Assembly: GCA_965113315.1 (NCBI GenBank)
Contig: OZ220365.1
Source of the DNA: Podarcis vaucheri
Lineage: Eukaryota
Strand: one strand, 5' to 3'
DNA length: 64,000 bases
Below are positions 59,516 to 64,000 of this stretch, in pieces. A program made the translations under genes and the position numbers. The notes beneath the pieces were generated by a model. That model searched no databases, had not been told where the DNA came from, and saw only the letters and a program-made list of their open reading frames with translations. Each line of letters opens with the position of its first letter. The first letter of the stretch is position 1.

Positions 59516-61889
59516 GAAGCGCTAATCATATGCAAACATTTATAGTTAAGAAGAGTAGTATCACTTTCCAGTTAATCACATCTATATTTCTTTATACAAA
59601 TATTATTTACCCCTATACCATTTTTTAAAAAATTAAATTAGTTTACTCTCTCTCTCTCTTTCTCTCTCCACACACACACATTAAAAAGTTAAGATCAGAG
59701 GCCATCAACTGTCTATTATTCAAAGGCCAGCATAGGCATTAACTGTGCATGTTCATAATTTGTTTTCCTGTTTCAAGCCGGAAAAGAATTAGGGGAAATG
59801 ACACACAGTTCAGTGATATTTCTACTTGTAATAATAATCAAATATGCTGAAACAGAAACTGTTACCAAGAAGTGCAGAGGTAATGACGGGTTAAACTAAA
59901 CTTTGGATTCAGGGGTGATCTTGTGGTTTCAGTGAGTTAAAAAGACACACATCCTAAGAGTCTGGAGAAGAGGATATCTGAGCTGATTGAGGTTTCTTTT
60001 AAAATTATAACTGTTCTGCCCTAGCAGCCATATGAGATTACTGGAATATGTATAAAGGCCTGCAAGAGAAAGCTGGCTATGCAGTCTTAAGCCTTTAATT
60101 CCCTGGTTCCAACCGTCAAGTATGCGAAGTCCATCTGTTTAACATCCTGCTGTTACAAGTTAATGTATTAAAATATTGCAATACCTCTTTTCATACTCAT
60201 GCCTGGCACTGCTTAACCTGCTAAATTTTTGGTGGTTTGTTTTTCAGTGCTCCGTCTGATATTTTTCTAGCTGCTTTTCTAGCTATTTGTGTTTGATATT
60301 TGATGAATAAAGAATGTGTCAAAAAAAAGCAGGAAACCCGACACTACAGAATTTCTGGGGAACCCCCCCCATTTCAGATCCCCTCACCAGCTACACCCGT
60401 TCTTCGCTTTGCACCCTTCTGGAGGATAGAAAACAGTATGGGAGTGTGTGTAGAGACTAGCCTATTGTACAAAGACAAAATTTACATTCATTACTCTGCT
60501 TGCTTTTGCCTCTGTTACAGCGCACCACTGGCATGTTTTCCCTGGAAGCTTGCCCAGAAAATAATGCTGCCCATAGGCTGAAATGGGTTCCCCATTCCTG
60601 CTGTAAAGAATAAAAGCCAGGTTGTATTTACCTGGCTTGGAGATGTAGGGTAGTTCTGAGCAACTGATAGAGTTGTCCCCTTTATGAGATAGTGATATCA
60701 GTTGCTAAAATCAATCAGCAGGAAGGACAGATTAAATCCTTCTTTTGTAGAATATTACCCTTTGACTTCGGACCTCAGCAGTCTTTTGGGACATTTGCTT
60801 TTTAGATAACCTCTTTCTTTTAGATATTTTGCAATCTGCCTTTTTAAAACCTGTGTCAAGCCATCTGAATCAATTAACTGTTCTATCCAACTGTTTTATC
60901 CACAAGGCTGTCTTCTGTGAGCATGCACTTCAGGCATAGAAGGAATCACATGTTCCCAACTCCCTTGTAAAAGGGAATCACGTGTTCCCAACCCTTTGTT
61001 GTTCTCAGAGTCAAATATGTCGGACTCCAGTCAGCATACTGATGAAGAATCCATAGTATGCTCTCAGAAAAAAATAACTTTTATCTATGGGTCCCCTATG
61101 CTGTGAACTTTTAAGGTTCAGTTTCTAAGGTACAGTTTCACTTGAGAGAACCTCAAGTAGAAAATTCTGCATCCTTCTGGGGCTGCTCAGAGAGCCAAGT
61201 ATTGTTCGCTACTGTGTGCGGCTTGTGTTAACTGGCCTCTTTCCTATATCGTGTGCTATGCTCTTTGTCACAGCTAGTTATTGGTCATATTGGCTAGCTG
61301 TTTGCAAATACTAAATTCTGAAGAATACTCCTTAGGCAAATCTTTAGGTGTGGATTGGGAAAGTTAGTTAGAAGAACTTTTTTGGGGGTGGGGACTGTTC
61401 CTTAAGAGGAGAGAGAGTGTGTTATTTCCCATGAGTGTTCCAGAACATGCGGGATACAGGCAGCTACAGGGATTATTTTTAAAAAGTTGAAACCGGGAGG
61501 GGGGGGGAGACACCCCCACCACTTTGTCTAGTTGCCTGTCCTGCTCCAAAACTTAGGGGAAATTTCTCCTGCCTGTTTTCAAAGGGATTATGTTTTCAAC
61601 TCTCTGTCTTGTGCATGGTTGAAAGAAGCTTGGCCGAAAATAGCGACCCAGCAATACTTTGAATGTGTGTTTTACATGCAAAGTATTGCTTTGCTGGTAT
61701 TTTTGGCTAACCTTTCAGCGTTAAGGCTCTTGTAAAATTGACACTTGCGTAGATAAGAGAATATTGTCAGGTGCAGCTTTTCAAACTCCTGCTGCAGTGT
61801 GCCAAGGCAAGCTACACTTTACAGATTAGCTTCTCTTCTTCCCCAATAACTTGTTTAAGGTACAGGAGCTATCTTTGATGTATTACAAA

Positions 61890-62195
61890 ATTTGAGGTTC
61901 AATTCCATCGACTCCAGTCATAGGGTGTTAGGGAGCAGGGTTGGCAAAGACTTGTGCCTGAGACCCCGAAATGCTGTTCCCAATTGCAGTAAATTATGTT
62001 GTGTTAGCCCTGGGGTAGTGAACCTGTGGGCCTCCAGATGTTGTTTGATTCCAATTTCAGCCCCCATGGCCAGTGGTACCAGGGTGATAGGAATTGTTGT
62101 CCAACCACATCTAGGTGGCTATGGGTTCTCCATCCCTGATTTACCTGGACTATTGGCATAACTTTGCCAAAGGCAGTTGCTTATATTCTAAGATG
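61890..62195 (+). mobile_element. Degraded Squam3-like SINE interrupted by a short hAT-type MITE (~62009-62138)
   Basis: GGTTCAATTCC...GGCAAAGACTTGTGCCTGAGACCC on the left, AAGGCAGTTGCTTATATTC tail on the right, CCTCCAGATGTT-family element in between. Confidence 0.5.
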
Positions 62196-62239
62196 GTTGT
62201 GAACTTATAAACTACCCTTTATCTACTTGTTTCTTTCAG

Positions 62240-62448
62240 ATACTATTGTGGATAAGTATAACCACTTATCCAAAGCAGTGAATGACCGGAATGAGAAACT
62301 TCAGATCACTCTGACACGTTCATTAAGCGTCCAGGATGGATTGGATGAAATGCTTGACTGGATGAATGGTGTTGAGAAGAGTCTTGAGGAGCAAGGTCAA
62401 GTGCCTTTGAATTCTTCTGTAATTCAGGATGTCATTAGTAAAAGTATG
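62240..62448 (+). CDS. DST: Spectrin-rod exon ([41 protein letters not shown]...SKSM)
   Basis: cag|AT ... ATG|gtgag; phase 1/0. Confidence 0.95.
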
Positions 62449-63263
62449 GTGAGTTAGTTTTTAGCAGAGCAAATTTTCCTCCTAATGCCAGGAACTTAAA
62501 GCGCAAAGTGGGGGCGGGGGAAATCAAGATACTGAAAATAAGTTTTCATTAATTCAGATATCTGAAGAAAATTCAGTCTTAAAACAGTGTTTCATTGTGG
62601 CAGACTTCCACAAATCCAAATATACTACCAGGGTCGGCACAGGGGGCTGCACAAAACCATTGGTTGTCACTTCTGCAGCTATTGAGTAATGACTATCTTT
62701 TCTAAGAGTAGCAATAAACAAATCTGTCTCTTTTATTTCTTATTTTTCCAATCTTAAGTTCTGTTTGCCACATTTCTGCATCAGTTCAATTTTTTTTAAA
62801 GAAATCATCACAACAATTCATTAGCATTTTGTATGCCTTTCTCCTAAATGTACACATAGATGTTTTGCCCGATATACACATTTTTGCAAGCAATTTTTGC
62901 CTGTTATGCAGTTTTGTGTGCTACATTCATTAAATTTTTATAAATATTTCATGCTAATATACACAGTTGTGTATAGATTTTTTTGGTTTGAGAACTGCAT
63001 TGGTAAATTTGGAGACGTGCAAAGGATAGCTGTGCTTTTGCTTCACATATTCTTTCATGCTCACCTTTAAATGCAATTCAAATTTCTGCCGCATCTTTAT
63101 CTTTGGGGTTCTTCCTCATTGCCACTTCTTGTTTGTGGATTCCATTGCTTTAGAAACTGACTACAGGAATTGCAGTTATTTACATCAGCTTGCAATCACT
63201 TCATTCACATAGAGATTCACCCATGAGTATGGCTGTCTTCTCAGACTTATCTATTTATCCCAG

Positions 63264-63581
63264 GCTCTAGAACAAGACATTGTGGGTCGGCAAAGTAGCC
63301 TAAATGCCATGAAAGAAAAGTTGAACAAATTCATGGAAACAACAGACCCATCCACTGCATCCTCTTTACAAGCTAAAATGAACGAACTTTCTCAGCGGTT
63401 TTGTGAAGCAAATAATAAACACAGGAAAAAACTTGAAAAGTTGGAGGGATTGAAGACCAAAGTGGAGCTGTTTGAGTGCCTCACTGATAAACTCCAGTCA
63501 TTCTTGGACAAGAAAACTCAGGCTCTTGGTGAGGCTGACATCCCAGGAAAAGACGTTACTGAGATGTCCTTATATGTGCAG
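63264..63581 (+). CDS. DST: Spectrin-rod exon ([39 protein letters not shown]...SLYVQ)
   Basis: cag|GCT ... CAG|gtact; 318 bp. Confidence 0.95.
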
Positions 63582-63757
63582 GTACTGTAGATTTTTACTT
63601 TTGTGAGCCCTACATTGCCCCTTACTGAGCAGTACAATGGCTGGCGTAACTATGCCACCCACAATTATAAGAGAACCTGCTGAGTCCAAGGAATAAATTT
63701 TGAACACCATGCAGTGTGTTCAGGTGTGAAGCAATTACTTTCTTGTCCATTTTAAAG

Positions 63758-63924
63758 GAAACCAACACTGAACTGATGGAGCAGAAAAAAGATCTTGAAA
63801 ATTTGCAACACCTCATTGAAGAACTCTCTCCTCATGCTCTTCCTGGAGACAGGTCATTAGTGTTAGAAAAAGTAAATGCCTTGTCAAAGAAATTCAAGGA
63901 AATGGAAGAGACTATACGAGAAAA
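63758..63924 (+). CDS. DST: Spectrin-rod exon (ETNTELMEQKKDLENLQHLIEELSPHALPGDRSLVLEKVNALSKKFKEMEETIRE); gene continues beyond the window
   Basis: aag|GAA ... AA|gtgag. Confidence 0.93.
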
Positions 63925-64000
63925 GTGAGTATAATCATCAAATTTTAGAATAGTGTGTGCTGCTGGTGGTGGTGGTGATGAAAATAATCAGGGTTGTCAA

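Noticed and set aside
62700-63100. T-rich degraded repeat-like tract, plus short GGATTGCAG-ended palindromic remnants near 30030, 44230 and 53820
   Set aside because: They look like abundant ancient squamate repeats, but boundaries and family cannot be fixed by eye.
1-64000. CRISPR arrays, rRNA genes, prokaryotic operons or defence systems
   Set aside because: The window is intron-exon vertebrate DNA; no regularly spaced repeat-spacer array or rRNA similarity was seen.

Overview
Vertebrate genomic DNA, most likely a squamate (probably lacertid) lizard judging by its SINE content. The whole window lies inside the dystonin gene (DST/BPAG1) on the + strand, with neither end of the full-length gene present. 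I traced 38 coding exons with consistent splice phases. They comprise 19 plakin-domain exons (spectrin repeats + SH3; 965-20944), two epithelial BPAG1e/BP230-specific exons (coiled-coil rod 23566-26253; terminal plectin-repeat exon 27356-29146 plus 3'UTR), three BPAG1a/b linker exons, a five-exon BPAG1b-type block that starts with a 5.7-kb exon (36742-42408), and nine spectrin-rod exons (47611-63924). Introns carry Sauria, Squam3-like, tRNA-Lys/CR1-tailed and MIR-like SINEs, CR1 and L2 fragments, Tc1/mariner and hAT MITEs, and microsatellites. The most notable observations are: (1) a 110-bp-arm near-perfect palindrome in a (TA)n tract, each arm holding a minimal hammerhead-ribozyme core typical of Penelope-like element termini; (2) an 82-bp templated inverted insertion with a repair-scar signature at 54.3 kb; (3) a probable ~1.3-kb fossil DST exon at 21.3-22.6 kb; (4) a GC splice donor that overlaps an RBFOX motif; (5) candidate microexons in an RBFOX/QKI motif cluster before the giant BPAG1b exon; (6) a cryptic ~12-aa repeat array inside that exon. 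Homology calls come from remembered human DST and repeat consensus sequences, not from database searches.
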